A DNA stretch of 64,000 bases from the NCBI GenBank assembly GCA_048538235.1, contig JBLYPX010000001.1, positions 787,011 through 851,010 of the forward strand, in the 5' to 3' direction. The translations under genes and the position numbers were made by a program. Below are positions 10,023 through 17,468 of this stretch, in pieces (within the stretch, counting starts at the first letter, position 1; every line of letters begins with the position of its first letter). Below the pieces are notes generated by a model, which had not been told where the DNA came from, made no database searches, and was given only the letters and a program-made list of their open reading frames with translations. The DNA comes from Candidatus Komeilibacteria bacterium. GTDB taxonomy: Bacteria; Patescibacteriota; Patescibacteriia; UBA1558.

Positions 10023-10949
10023 TTATTCGTTTAAGTAAGTTATTACATCTAAAGCAGCCATACATCCTGAGCCAGCTGCTGTAATTGCTTGACGATATCT
10101 ATAGTCTGCCACATCTCCTCCAGCAAAAATACCTTTAACGCTTGTTTTGGTATTATTCTCAACCTCTAAATATCCCTTGCTATCTAATTTTACCACACCC
10201 TTCAAAAAATCTGTATTAGGCTTGTGACCAATTGCTATAAACAGACCATCTAGATCAATATCTTTTTCTTCATTTGTCTTGTTATTAATTGTTTTAACAC
10301 CAACAACTTTATCTTCTCCTAAAACCTCTTTAACCTCAGTATTAAATATAAACTCTACCTTAGGATTTTCCATAGCTCTTTCTTGCATAATCTTACTTGC
10401 TTTCATTTCTTCTTTACTCTTTCTAACAAGTACATAAACCTTCTTTGCAAAAGTTGTTAAGAAGTTTGCTTCTTCCATAGCAGCGTCACCAGCCCCAACT
10501 ACTGCTACTATTTTTTCTTTAAAGAAAAAACCATCACAAGTAGCACAAGCAGAAACTCCATGACCGCGTAATTTTTTTTCACTCTCTATATTAAGCCATT
10601 TAGCTGATGCACCAGTTGCAACTATAACAGACTTACCCATATATTCATTACTGTCCGTTTTAACAATAAATTCTTTATCTCCTTTGACTTCAATACTTAC
10701 CGCTGCTTCTGGCACTGTAACGGCTCCAAACTTTTCAGCCTGTTCTTTCATTTTCATCATAAGCTCTGGTCCCATTATTCCTTCTGGAAAACCAGGAAAG
10801 TTTTCTACATCTGTTGTGGTGGTTAATTGTCCACCAACTTCTCCGCCAAGAACAATTAAAGTTTTAAGTTCTGCTCTAGTTGTATATATTCCTGCTGAAT
10901 AACCAGCCGGTCCAGAACCTAAAATAATTACATCATATTTATCTTCCAT
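10023..10949 (-). CDS. trxB: thioredoxin-disulfide reductase
   Basis: 308 aa. GSGPAGYSAGIY FAD motif, redox-active CATCDG, GAGDAAMEEA NADPH motif. Confidence 0.9.
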   Translation of the reverse strand: MEDKYDVIILGSGPAGYSAGIYTTRAELKTLIVLGGEVGGQLTTTTDVENFPGFPEGIMGPELMMKMKEQAEKFGAVTVPEAAVSIEVKGDKEFIVKTDSNEYMGKSVIVATGASAKWLNIESEKKLRGHGVSACATCDGFFFKEKIVAVVGAGDAAMEEANFLTTFAKKVYVLVRKSKEEMKASKIMQERAMENPKVEFIFNTEVKEVLGEDKVVGVKTINNKTNEEKDIDLDGLFIAIGHKPNTDFLKGVVKLDSKGYLEVENNTKTSVKGIFAGGDVADYRYRQAITAAGSGCMAALDVITYLNE

Positions 10950-10953
10950 ATAT

Positions 10954-11202
10954 TTAATTTATTTTTATAAACCTAGTTAAAATATCTTGCAACTTCTTTT
11001 CATCATTCTTATTTATCCTTAAACAACTTGTTTCATCTTCCATAATAGCTTTTCCTAATGATGATAAAGCCCCTTTAATAGCTGCTAATTGATTAAAAAC
11101 CTCTAGACAATTTGTATTATTATCTAACATTTGTTCTAGCCCATTAAGCTGTCCTTTAATCTTAGAAACTCTTGCTTTTAGTTTTTTCTTATCCTTATTC
11201 AT
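10954..11202 (-). CDS. CsoR/RcnR/FrmR-family (DUF156) transcriptional repressor, two-Cys (CstR-like) variant
   Basis: 82 aa from the internal ATG at 11200-11202 (MNKDKKKLKARVSKIKGQLNGLEQMLDNNTNCLEVF...ETSCLRI...). Two Cys, no His at the W-X-Y-Z positions. The ORF-track 95-aa version (start 11241) would have to read through its own -35/-10 elements. Confidence 0.7.
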   Translation of the reverse strand: MNKDKKKLKARVSKIKGQLNGLEQMLDNNTNCLEVFNQLAAIKGALSSLGKAIMEDETSCLRINKNDEKKLQDILTRFIKIN

Positions 11203-11208
11203 AAATGT

Positions 11209-11237
11209 AGTATACCCCCCGGGGGTATATCTGTCAA
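11209..11237 (-). promoter_or_regulatory. consensus sigma70-type promoter (-35 TTGACA, 17-bp spacer, -10 TATACT, 6 nt, ATG) with an embedded 19-nt palindromic operator TATACCCCC-C-GGGGGTATA
   Basis: Minus-strand read: cTTGACAgatatacccccggggggTATACTacatttATG. The palindrome fills the spacer and overlaps the -10. It resembles the G/C-tract inverted-repeat operators of CsoR-family repressors. The transcript would be leaderless. Confidence 0.6.
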
Positions 11238-11240
11238 GCA

Positions 11241-11738
11241 TTACAACACTAGGAATATTATTATTAAGACAATACTTACAGCCATATCATATTTAGAAAA
11301 ATATCCTATTGGTCCTTTAAGATTAATTTTCTTCTTTGGATAAAAAGGATAATACTCTGCTCCATCTAAAGCATCCATAAGTAGGTGCAAAAAATATGCA
11401 ACTGTTATTATAACCCCAATTTGTAAATTAATTATCATAGCAATTACAGATAAAGCAACCGCAACAAAAATATTGTGTAGATAATTTCTTTGATCATCAA
11501 AAGGATCTTCCTGTTGAACAACTATATTAACAAACTTCTTCCAGTTTTTTAGATAGCCGTGTTTAAAAAAAGCATAGGCATGATCTGTATCAGGAAAAAT
11601 AGATGCTATTACAGCAGTAGTATAGTCTCCGGTTATTTTTCCAATAACCAGTCCAGCTGCGATGTGTGATGGTGCATACATAAATTGTATATTAATTTTA
11701 AGTACATCTATTATATGTCCTAGAGCAATATGACACAA
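11241..11738 (-). CDS. YdjM-family inner-membrane metal-dependent hydrolase-like protein (TTG start)
   Basis: 165 aa. N-terminal His pair (MCHIALGHI) and FPDTDH motif matching the LPDIDH motif of E. coli YdjM. Multi-TM. Confidence 0.55.
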   Translation of the reverse strand: MCHIALGHIIDVLKINIQFMYAPSHIAAGLVIGKITGDYTTAVIASIFPDTDHAYAFFKHGYLKNWKKFVNIVVQQEDPFDDQRNYLHNIFVAVALSVIAMIINLQIGVIITVAYFLHLLMDALDGAEYYPFYPKKKINLKGPIGYFSKYDMAVSIVLIIIFLVL

Positions 11739-11744
11739 ATAGAA

Positions 11745-11955
11745 AAAGCCATCACAATGTGATGGCTTAAAATTTGCTCATCAGCCTATCGCGATCAATA
11801 ATTATTACTTGACCACCAAGTGCGTCGGTGACGTTCTTTTGCCGTCTTAAACCTTAGCTTCTTGTCTGGGTATGAGATTCCCTTTAGGCAATAATGATTG
11901 TTCAAATTCAGATAAGTAGAATCAGATATGCACGTGTGCCTTTCAGCCAATGAGC
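11745..11955 (-). ncRNA. candidate sRNA or 5' leader upstream of the ydjM-like gene (about 200 nt, GC-enriched). It ends in hairpin GCCAUCAC-AUU-GUGAUGGC plus U-run at 11742-11766
   Basis: Minus-strand -10 TATAAT at 11962-11967 with palindrome 11974-11989 at the -35 position. Transcript GC is clearly above the local background. A terminator-like hairpin and U5 sit immediately before the TTG start of the downstream gene. Identity unknown. Confidence 0.3.
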
Positions 11956-11973
11956 AATATAATTATACTACAA

Positions 11974-11989
11974 TGTTCCACGTGGAACA
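11974..11989. repeat. perfect 16-bp palindrome TGTTCCACGTGGAACA (copy 1 of a TGTTC-N6-GAACA family)
   Basis: Directly read. Located after the tRNA-Ala terminator on the minus strand and at the -35 position of the minus-strand promoter reading into 11745-11955. Confidence 0.8.
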
Positions 11990-12012
11990 AAAAAACAACC
12001 CTTAAGGTTGTT

Positions 12013-12089
<77 letters not shown>

Positions 12090-12133
12090 GTGAGCAATAT
12101 TTTATATTATATATTAAAAATTATCAATATTAA

Positions 12134-12149
12134 TGTTCTACGTGGAACA
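12134..12149. repeat. palindrome copy 2, TGTTCTACGTGGAACA (one mismatch)
   Basis: Lies between divergent promoters: 3 nt upstream of the -35 of the plus-strand ncRNA promoter and about 45 nt upstream of tRNA-Ala. Confidence 0.7.
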
Positions 12150-12151
12150 AT

Positions 12152-12180
12152 TTGACAAGTAGATTTTATTAATATAATAT
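12152..12180 (+). promoter_or_regulatory. promoter for plus-strand ncRNA: -35 TTGACA (12152-12157), 17 bp, -10 TAATAT (12175-12180)
   Basis: Read directly. An alternative -10 TATAAT lies 2 nt upstream. Confidence 0.45.
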
Positions 12181-12186
12181 ATTCTT

Positions 12187-12500
12187 AATGGAAAATGAGA
12201 GGTTTGGCGAACGCTGTTGTAGCGGGTGCAGCTAATGAGGCTATCTGTCTCAAATGCGCAAATGCTCATCAGGGTTGGTTCAGATAAGATGCCGCTTCAG
12301 AGCGAGTTATGCAGAGACAAGGGTGGAATATTAAATTGTTTTGCAGCAAGGCGATATTCTATGCAACTCCCAAGTTAATGCTCAATTCAGAGTCTGAATA
12401 CCTTATTTCCTTAAGGGAATGAGTCTGAACAGGAGAGCCTAAACGCTATAACAAAACCTTCTCTAATTAACCCCTGTCGCAACGTCGATGGGGGTTTTTT
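12187..12500 (+). ncRNA. candidate structured ncRNA of about 300 nt with its own promoter and a strong intrinsic terminator (12471-12500). Identity unresolved
   Basis: No ORF of 60 aa or more. GC is clearly above flanking DNA. 5' GAGAGGUUUGG can pair with 3' AAACCUUCUC (closing helix). Terminator CCCCUGUCG-CAACGU-CGAUGGGGG plus U6. It lacks the RNase P P4 motifs (GGAAAGUCC), the tmRNA CCA-ending tRNA-like end, and a clean SRP GGAA/AGCAG helix 8. Confidence 0.45.
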
Positions 12501-12512
12501 GATTATCTATTA

Positions 12513-12528
12513 TGTTCCACGTGGAACA
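12513..12528. repeat. palindrome copy 3, TGTTCCACGTGGAACA (perfect)
   Basis: Follows the tRNA-Arg terminator (ACACC-UUAUU-GGUGU plus U7) on the minus strand. Same module layout as copy 1: tRNA-CCA, hairpin, U7, palindrome. Confidence 0.8.
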
Positions 12529-12553
12529 AAAAAACACCAATAAGGTGTTATTC

Positions 12554-12628
12554 TGGTGCCCCCGGTAGGAATCGAACCTACATCTAGACGTTAGGAGTGT
12601 CTTGTTCTATCCATTGAACTACAGGGGC
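12554..12628 (-). tRNA. tRNA-Arg (anticodon CCU), CCA encoded
   Basis: RC reads GCCCCTGTAGTTCAATGGATAGAACAAGACACTCCTAACGTCTAGATGTAGGTTCGATTCCTACCGGGGGCACCA. Anticodon loop CU-CCU-AA. T-arm GTAGG/CCTAC. A31-C39 mismatch in the anticodon stem. Confidence 0.85.
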
Positions 12629-12651
12629 TAGGGTATAATCTACTAAAAAAA

Positions 12652-12667
12652 TGCTCTATATAGAACA
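12652..12667. repeat. palindrome variant TGCTCTATATAGAACA (TGTTC-N6-GAACA family, AT core, one mismatch) upstream of tRNA-Arg
   Basis: Read directly. Located in the putative tRNA-Arg promoter region. Confidence 0.45.
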
Positions 12668-12927
12668 TTTTACATAATATTGTATATAATATTGCTAATA
12701 TTAGCCATTAATTTGTGTCGTAAAATGTTATATGGACTATTAAATTATATAAATTGCCTAATTACAACAAATAAAACTACAAATATTACAGCTAAAACCA
12801 TTATTAGTCTTAAATCCTTTTTGTAATAAATTTCATTCATTTAATAAATTGTTATTTTTTTAGTGTTTATACTATAATATATTCACTTAGATTTGTCTAA
12901 GGTAAATTAATCAATATATAGAAAATT

Positions 12928-13323
12928 ATGTTTAAAGAAGAAAACCCAGCTAAAGATATAAAATCTGCTGAAACAATTATAGGCCCCTCTGTTCGTGTTG
13001 AGGGTGATTTTATTAGTGATAACGACATTATTATTGACGGTGAGGTGGTTGGAAACATAAGTACCGCCAATAATCTAAGAATTGGCAGAGGAGCTGTTGT
13101 AAAAGCTAAAATTGATGCTAAAAATGCATATATAGCTGGTAAAGTAACAGGCAATGTTACTGTTAAGGACAAATTAAAGATTACAGACTCAGCAACTATT
13201 AAGGGTAATGTTACGGCTAAACTATTAGATGTAGAACAAGGTGCTTCACTTGTTGGTCAATGTAAAGTTGATCCAGGTAATGAAGTAAAACCTGAACCTA
13301 AGCCAGAAAAAACTACTAAATAA
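12928..13323 (+). CDS. bactofilin (CcmA-like polymer-forming cytoskeletal protein)
   Basis: 131 aa. Beta-helical repeat signature IIGPSVRVEGDFISDNDIIIDGEVVGNISTANNLRIGRGAVVKAKIDAKNAYIAGKVTGNVTVKDKLKI. Confidence 0.8.
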   Translation: MFKEENPAKDIKSAETIIGPSVRVEGDFISDNDIIIDGEVVGNISTANNLRIGRGAVVKAKIDAKNAYIAGKVTGNVTVKDKLKITDSATIKGNVTAKLLDVEQGASLVGQCKVDPGNEVKPEPKPEKTTK

Positions 13324-13334
13324 AAACTCGGTTA

Positions 13335-14081
13335 ATGTATTTATACATCTACGACAATTTTTTAACTGAGAAAAAATATCAAAGCCAATTATACAAGATA
13401 GAAAACAGATTGGTGGATTTAGGTATTAAAGGTAGAGTTGTTAGACTTAACATATTAAAGAATATGGCTGAGGTAGTTGAAGACGGAATTAAACAAGGTG
13501 TTAAAACTGTTGTGGTTGTTGGCAATGATGTAAGTTTTTCAAAAATAATAAATATTGTGGCAGATAAAAATGTTGTGCTCGGAATTATACCTGTCGATAA
13601 TAAATCAAAGATAGGAAAAATTTTAGGTATACCTCCTTTAGGTTCTGCTTGTGAAGTTCTTGCTCAAAGAATAATTAAAACTATAGACCTTGGAAAGGTT
13701 GGTAATTATTATTTTATTGATTCAGCTGTTATTAGGAATGAAAAAACTACAGTTCATTTACCTAAGTACACAATTCAACCCACTAGTCCACAGAATATTG
13801 TTTCATTTAATAACCTTGGTATATTTACAGCTAACGAAGAAACCCGATTTAATTTTGATCCAACAGATAGTAAACTTGAGCTGGTTATGAATTCTACCAA
13901 AGACACGTTAAAGAAGGGGAGTGATTTAACAATAATACCTTTTGAAAAAGTTAAGGTTGAGTGTTCTGAACCTGGTGCTTTTATTATTGCTGATCAAGTT
14001 ACTAAATTAAAGCCGCCAGCAGAAGTTACGGTTGTATCTAAAAAACTTAAAGTAATCGTTGGTAACAAAAGATTGTTTTAA
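13335..14081 (+). CDS. diacylglycerol-kinase-catalytic-domain-like (YegS/BmrU-type) protein with degenerate GGDG motif
   Basis: 248 aa. TVVVVGNDVSFSKIINIV...VVLGIIPVDNKSKIGKILGI follows the DAGK_cat pattern VVVxGGDGT...GIIPxGTGND, but Gly-Gly-Asp-Gly is replaced by GNDVS and GTGND by DNKSK. Likely non-catalytic. Confidence 0.45.
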   Translation: MYLYIYDNFLTEKKYQSQLYKIENRLVDLGIKGRVVRLNILKNMAEVVEDGIKQGVKTVVVVGNDVSFSKIINIVADKNVVLGIIPVDNKSKIGKILGIPPLGSACEVLAQRIIKTIDLGKVGNYYFIDSAVIRNEKTTVHLPKYTIQPTSPQNIVSFNNLGIFTANEETRFNFDPTDSKLELVMNSTKDTLKKGSDLTIIPFEKVKVECSEPGAFIIADQVTKLKPPAEVTVVSKKLKVIVGNKRLF

Positions 14082-14135
14082 TTATCTACATATACAAAAA
14101 ACCGCTATTTCTAGCGGTTTTATATATAATATATT

Positions 14136-14882
14136 TTACTGAACAACTTCTATGGGGTTGTCTTTTTTCTTCTTTGAAAATATTAAGTATTGTTGTAAAA
14201 CTGTTAAGACAATAGATATTAACCAGTAAAGAACCAAGCCGCTTGGCAATGACACTCCAATAAATACTGTGAATAGCGGCATCATATAAACCATTTGTTT
14301 GCCCATAGCATCTGCCATATCATTTCCTTTTTTCTTATCTTTAACTTCTCCCTTCTTACCTTTAATATTCATTATCATCTTTGATTGTACATACTGACCA
14401 ATACCGGCAAGCACTGCCAAAATTGTATTTGGTTCTGCCAAATTTATTAATCCCAAGAACATATTATTTATAGTTCCAGGATTTTGTACAAAAGAATATA
14501 AAACATCAAACGAACCATTTGAAAGTCCTAATCTAAAAACTTGGTAAACTGCAATTAAAATTGGTAGCTGAATAAATAATGGTAAACAAGAAGACGCTGG
14601 ATTTATTTTCTCTCTTTTATAAAGCTCCATAGTTGCTCTACCAAAAGCTTCCTTATCATCTTTATGCTTTTCTTTTAATTCATCGATTTGAGGTTTTAAC
14701 TCTTGAAGTTTTTTCTGTGACTCAATTGAACTTTTTGATAGGGGATATAAAACTAACCTTACAAGAATAGTTATAAGAATAATTGCAAAACCAATATCTT
14801 TAATAGGAATAATATTATAAAAAAATATTAATACATTAAATAATGGTTCATATAAAATTGTATTGTATAAAGAGACAAGCAT
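14136..14882 (-). CDS. yidC: membrane protein insertase YidC (short form)
   Basis: 248 aa. LVRLVLYPLSKSSIESQKKLQELKPQIDELKEKHKDDKEAFGRATMELYKREKINPASSCLP, typical of YidC/Oxa1. Confidence 0.85.
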   Translation of the reverse strand: MLVSLYNTILYEPLFNVLIFFYNIIPIKDIGFAIILITILVRLVLYPLSKSSIESQKKLQELKPQIDELKEKHKDDKEAFGRATMELYKREKINPASSCLPLFIQLPILIAVYQVFRLGLSNGSFDVLYSFVQNPGTINNMFLGLINLAEPNTILAVLAGIGQYVQSKMIMNIKGKKGEVKDKKKGNDMADAMGKQMVYMMPLFTVFIGVSLPSGLVLYWLISIVLTVLQQYLIFSKKKKDNPIEVVQ

Positions 14883-14884
14883 AG

Positions 14885-15133
14885 TTATTTATTTTTTTTA
14901 ATTATAGGGTCATAACCGCCTTTTGACAACGGGTTACAACGCAACACTCTTAAACAAGTATATAAAGAGCCTTTTATAGCTCCATGTTCTTTAATTGATT
15001 GATGTCCATATTCTGAACAGGTTGGGTAATAGCGACACGCCCCAAAAGGATATAACATTTTTAATATTCCTGTATCAGGAGATATATATTTTTGATACTT
15101 CTTAATAATACTCAAAATACCTTTTTTAATCAT
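14885..15133 (-). CDS. yidD: membrane protein insertion efficiency factor YidD
   Basis: 82 aa. GACRYYPTCSEYGHQSIKEHG matches the YidD CxYxPxCSxY signature. Confidence 0.85.
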   Translation of the reverse strand: MIKKGILSIIKKYQKYISPDTGILKMLYPFGACRYYPTCSEYGHQSIKEHGAIKGSLYTCLRVLRCNPLSKGGYDPIIKKNK

Positions 15134-15467
15134 TTTTAAGAATCTTTAATTCTTTTAAACCTGCTGTTATTTGGTCTTGAATTGAAGAAAAGTCTGCATT
15201 TTCTACGCCTTTTTTGGCTATTATGACAAAATCCCACTGTTTTCCAATGTTTTTAGCATGCTTAGCCACAATACTACGAGCTCTTCTTTTAAATTTATTC
15301 CTATCTACTGCTAATTTTAGGTTTTTTTTAGAAACAATAACAGTATATCTATATTCCTTGTTTTCATTGTTTTTAACTGCTTTTAAAGTTAAATACTTTG
15401 AAAAAAAGGGCCTTCCCTTTAAGGCCCGTATAATTTCTTTTTCTTTGGATAGACTATTTCTTCTCAT
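15126..15467 (-). CDS. rnpA: ribonuclease P protein component
   Basis: 113 aa, basic. [19 protein letters not shown] motif. Conserved rpmH-rnpA-yidD-yidC order. Confidence 0.85.
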   Translation of the reverse strand: MRRNSLSKEKEIIRALKGRPFFSKYLTLKAVKNNENKEYRYTVIVSKKNLKLAVDRNKFKRRARSIVAKHAKNIGKQWDFVIIAKKGVENADFSSIQDQITAGLKELKILKND

Positions 15468-15606
15468 TACTAGCAGAAATTTTAGCGCGTCCTTTTGCTC
15501 TTCTTCTTTTTAGAGTGTTTTTACCGCCTACGCTTGCTTGGCGAGCTCTGAATCCGTGCTTTTTTAATCTATGCTTTTTCTTTGGTTGGTAAGTTCTCTT
15601 TGGCAT
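15454..15606 (-). CDS. rpmH: 50S ribosomal protein L34
   Basis: Not in the ORF track (under 60 aa). Reads [50 protein letters not shown]. Overlaps the rnpA start by 14 nt. Confidence 0.85.
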   Translation of the reverse strand: MPKRTYQPKKKHRLKKHGFRARQASVGGKNTLKRRRAKGRAKISASNEKK

Positions 15607-15823
15607 ATTTTTAGTATATTAGTAAAAAATTTTGCAACGGTAGTGTAACAACTATTTACCTTCTTGTAAAGACCCTTTCCTTGATAGATTTTTTATCCAT
15701 ATATTATTAACAGGTTGTAAACAAATTGTTCTTTTTTAGTGTGTTCTTTAAATCACCCCTTTGTGATAAAATTATTATCGTCACGTGTTTTACTCTTTCA
15801 TTATTAATTAAATAAAAAAATAA
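15607..15823. promoter_or_regulatory. rpmH-dnaA intergenic region with DnaA-box-like sites (oriC / dnaA promoter region)
   Basis: TTATCCATA at 15693-15701 and TGTGATAA (TTATCACA on the other strand) at 15761-15768. AT-rich. Confidence 0.5.
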
Positions 15824-17209
15824 ATGCTAACAAATCAATTGTGGGACGCTGTACTTGGCGAACTAGAACTTACTATTTCAAAAGCAAACTTTACTACATG
15901 GTTTAAAAATACTTTTATCCATTCTGTTGACGACAATAGTATTGTAGTTGGGGTTCCTAATGCTTTTACAAAAGCTTGGCTTGAAAACAAGTACCACGAT
16001 CACATCTTAACTGCTTTAAACAAAAGTAGTCAGGGAAAAATTGATTCTGTTGTATATAAGGTTGCATCAAACAAAGAGCAAAACCCAGAGCAAATTAAAA
16101 ATCATGTAGCTAGTGCTAATGGAGAGAAAGAAGAGGTTGAAAACACTTCTACCGTAGAAGAACCTGTAAGGCCTGCACAAAATAATTTTAATTTAAACCC
16201 AAAGTATACTTTTGAAACATTTATTGTTGGTAAGGGTAATGATTTGGCTACAGCTGCTGCTAATGCAGTGGTTAATAAACCAGGGGAAGTATATAATCCC
16301 TTGTTTTTATATGGTGGTGTTGGTCTTGGTAAGACTCATTTATTACAAGCTATCGGAAATGCTCTTCTTGCTAAGGATCCTAAAATTAAAATTGTATATT
16401 TAAATACTGAAAAATTTGTTAATGATTTTATTAACTCCATTAAGAAAGGAACGACTGATGAGTTAAAAAAATATTACCGTACTGTTGATGTTCTTTTAAT
16501 AGATGATATTCAATTTATTGCTGGCAAAGAACAAACTCAAGAAGAATTCTTTCACACCTTTAACGAATTACACCAAAAGAATAAACAAATTGTAATGACG
16601 TCAGATAGACCACCAAAGGCTATTGCAGAGGTTGAGCAACGTTTAATATCTAGGTTTGAGTGGGGAATGATTGCAGATATTGGTGTGCCAGATATGGAAA
16701 CAAGATACGCGATTCTAGAATCTAAATGTCATGAAAAGGGTATTTCTCTATCACCAGATATAATTTCTTATGTGGCAGAGAATATACAAAATAATATTAG
16801 AGAATTAGAAGGCGCATTAAATAGAATAATAGCCTATCAACAGTTAAATAACGCTGAAATTACGCTTGAATCGGTTCAAAATGTATTAGGCTCATTATCT
16901 TTAAGTGCAAAGAAAAGTGGTTTAACTCCTAAAAAAATAGCTGCTAAAGTTGCTGACTTCTATGATATTGCTGTAAGTGATTTAATGGGTAGTAGTAGAA
17001 GAAAAGAGTTAGTCTTTCCAAGACAAATAACTATGTGGTTGTTAAGAGAAGAATTAAAAAGCTCTTACCCATCTATTGGACAAGAGCTTGGTGGAAGAGA
17101 TCATACTACTGCTATACACGCTTGTAATAAAATTACTGAACAAATTAAGAACGATAGTAAAACAAAAAGTGATATTGAATTAATAAGACAACAACTTTAC
17201 GCTTCATAA
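15824..17209 (+). CDS. dnaA: chromosomal replication initiator DnaA
   Basis: 461 aa. Walker A GGVGLGKTHLLQAIGN, sensor motifs, C-terminal DNA-binding domain (RDHTTAIHA). Confidence 0.95.
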   Translation: MLTNQLWDAVLGELELTISKANFTTWFKNTFIHSVDDNSIVVGVPNAFTKAWLENKYHDHILTALNKSSQGKIDSVVYKVASNKEQNPEQIKNHVASANGEKEEVENTSTVEEPVRPAQNNFNLNPKYTFETFIVGKGNDLATAAANAVVNKPGEVYNPLFLYGGVGLGKTHLLQAIGNALLAKDPKIKIVYLNTEKFVNDFINSIKKGTTDELKKYYRTVDVLLIDDIQFIAGKEQTQEEFFHTFNELHQKNKQIVMTSDRPPKAIAEVEQRLISRFEWGMIADIGVPDMETRYAILESKCHEKGISLSPDIISYVAENIQNNIRELEGALNRIIAYQQLNNAEITLESVQNVLGSLSLSAKKSGLTPKKIAAKVADFYDIAVSDLMGSSRRKELVFPRQITMWLLREELKSSYPSIGQELGGRDHTTAIHACNKITEQIKNDSKTKSDIELIRQQLYAS

Positions 17210-17468
17210 ATTGTTAATAAGGTTGTTTATTAAAAACTAATCTTAAGTTAACAACCACACCTAATGTGTTAATAAAAAAACGGTTATACACAGACATAGA
17301 ATTTAAAGTAAAACTTAATAACAGATAATAAAATTTTCCCTAACTGTTTGTTAACTTTCAAAACCATCTCTAAACCGTTTGTACATAATATAATAATAGA
17401 CCTTATCAACATATTAACAGCCCCTATTATTATAACTAAGTAAAATATAATTAATTAATAATATAGTA
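17210..17468. promoter_or_regulatory. dnaA-dnaN intergenic AT-rich region with DnaA-box-like 9-mers (candidate oriC / unwinding element)
   Basis: TTATACACA at 17284-17292 and TTATCAACA at 17407-17415. Long AT runs. Confidence 0.5.

Noticed and set aside
10954-11241. Longer 95-aa version of the CsoR-family gene starting at ATG 11241
   Set aside because: Its first 13 codons span the -35 and -10 hexamers and the palindromic operator of the gene's own promoter. The internal ATG 6 nt after the -10 is a far better start.
11771-11786. Hammerhead ribozyme core (CUGAUGAG) in the minus-strand leader RNA
   Set aside because: Only the CUGAUGA heptamer is present. There is no adjacent stem II hairpin, GAAA element or UH cleavage site in the arrangement a hammerhead requires.
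11974-11989. Interpreting TGTTCCACGTGGAACA as a Gram-positive LexA Cheo box
   Set aside because: The Cheo consensus is GAAC-N4-GTTC. Here the half-sites are in the opposite order and spacing (GTTC-N6-GAAC). Kept only as a speculative SOS-like operator in the findings.
12187-12500. Assignment of the ~300-nt RNA as RNase P RNA or tmRNA
   Set aside because: It lacks the universally conserved P4 sequences (GGAAAGUCC / AGAACC…) and the tRNA-like acceptor/T-arm ending in CCA. No plausible tag-peptide reading frame ending in a hydrophobic/Ala-Ala motif.
12800-12845. Tiny hydrophobic peptide ORF (about 25 aa) upstream of bactofilin
   Set aside because: Too short and without an SD. AT-rich intergenic DNA yields such ORFs by chance.
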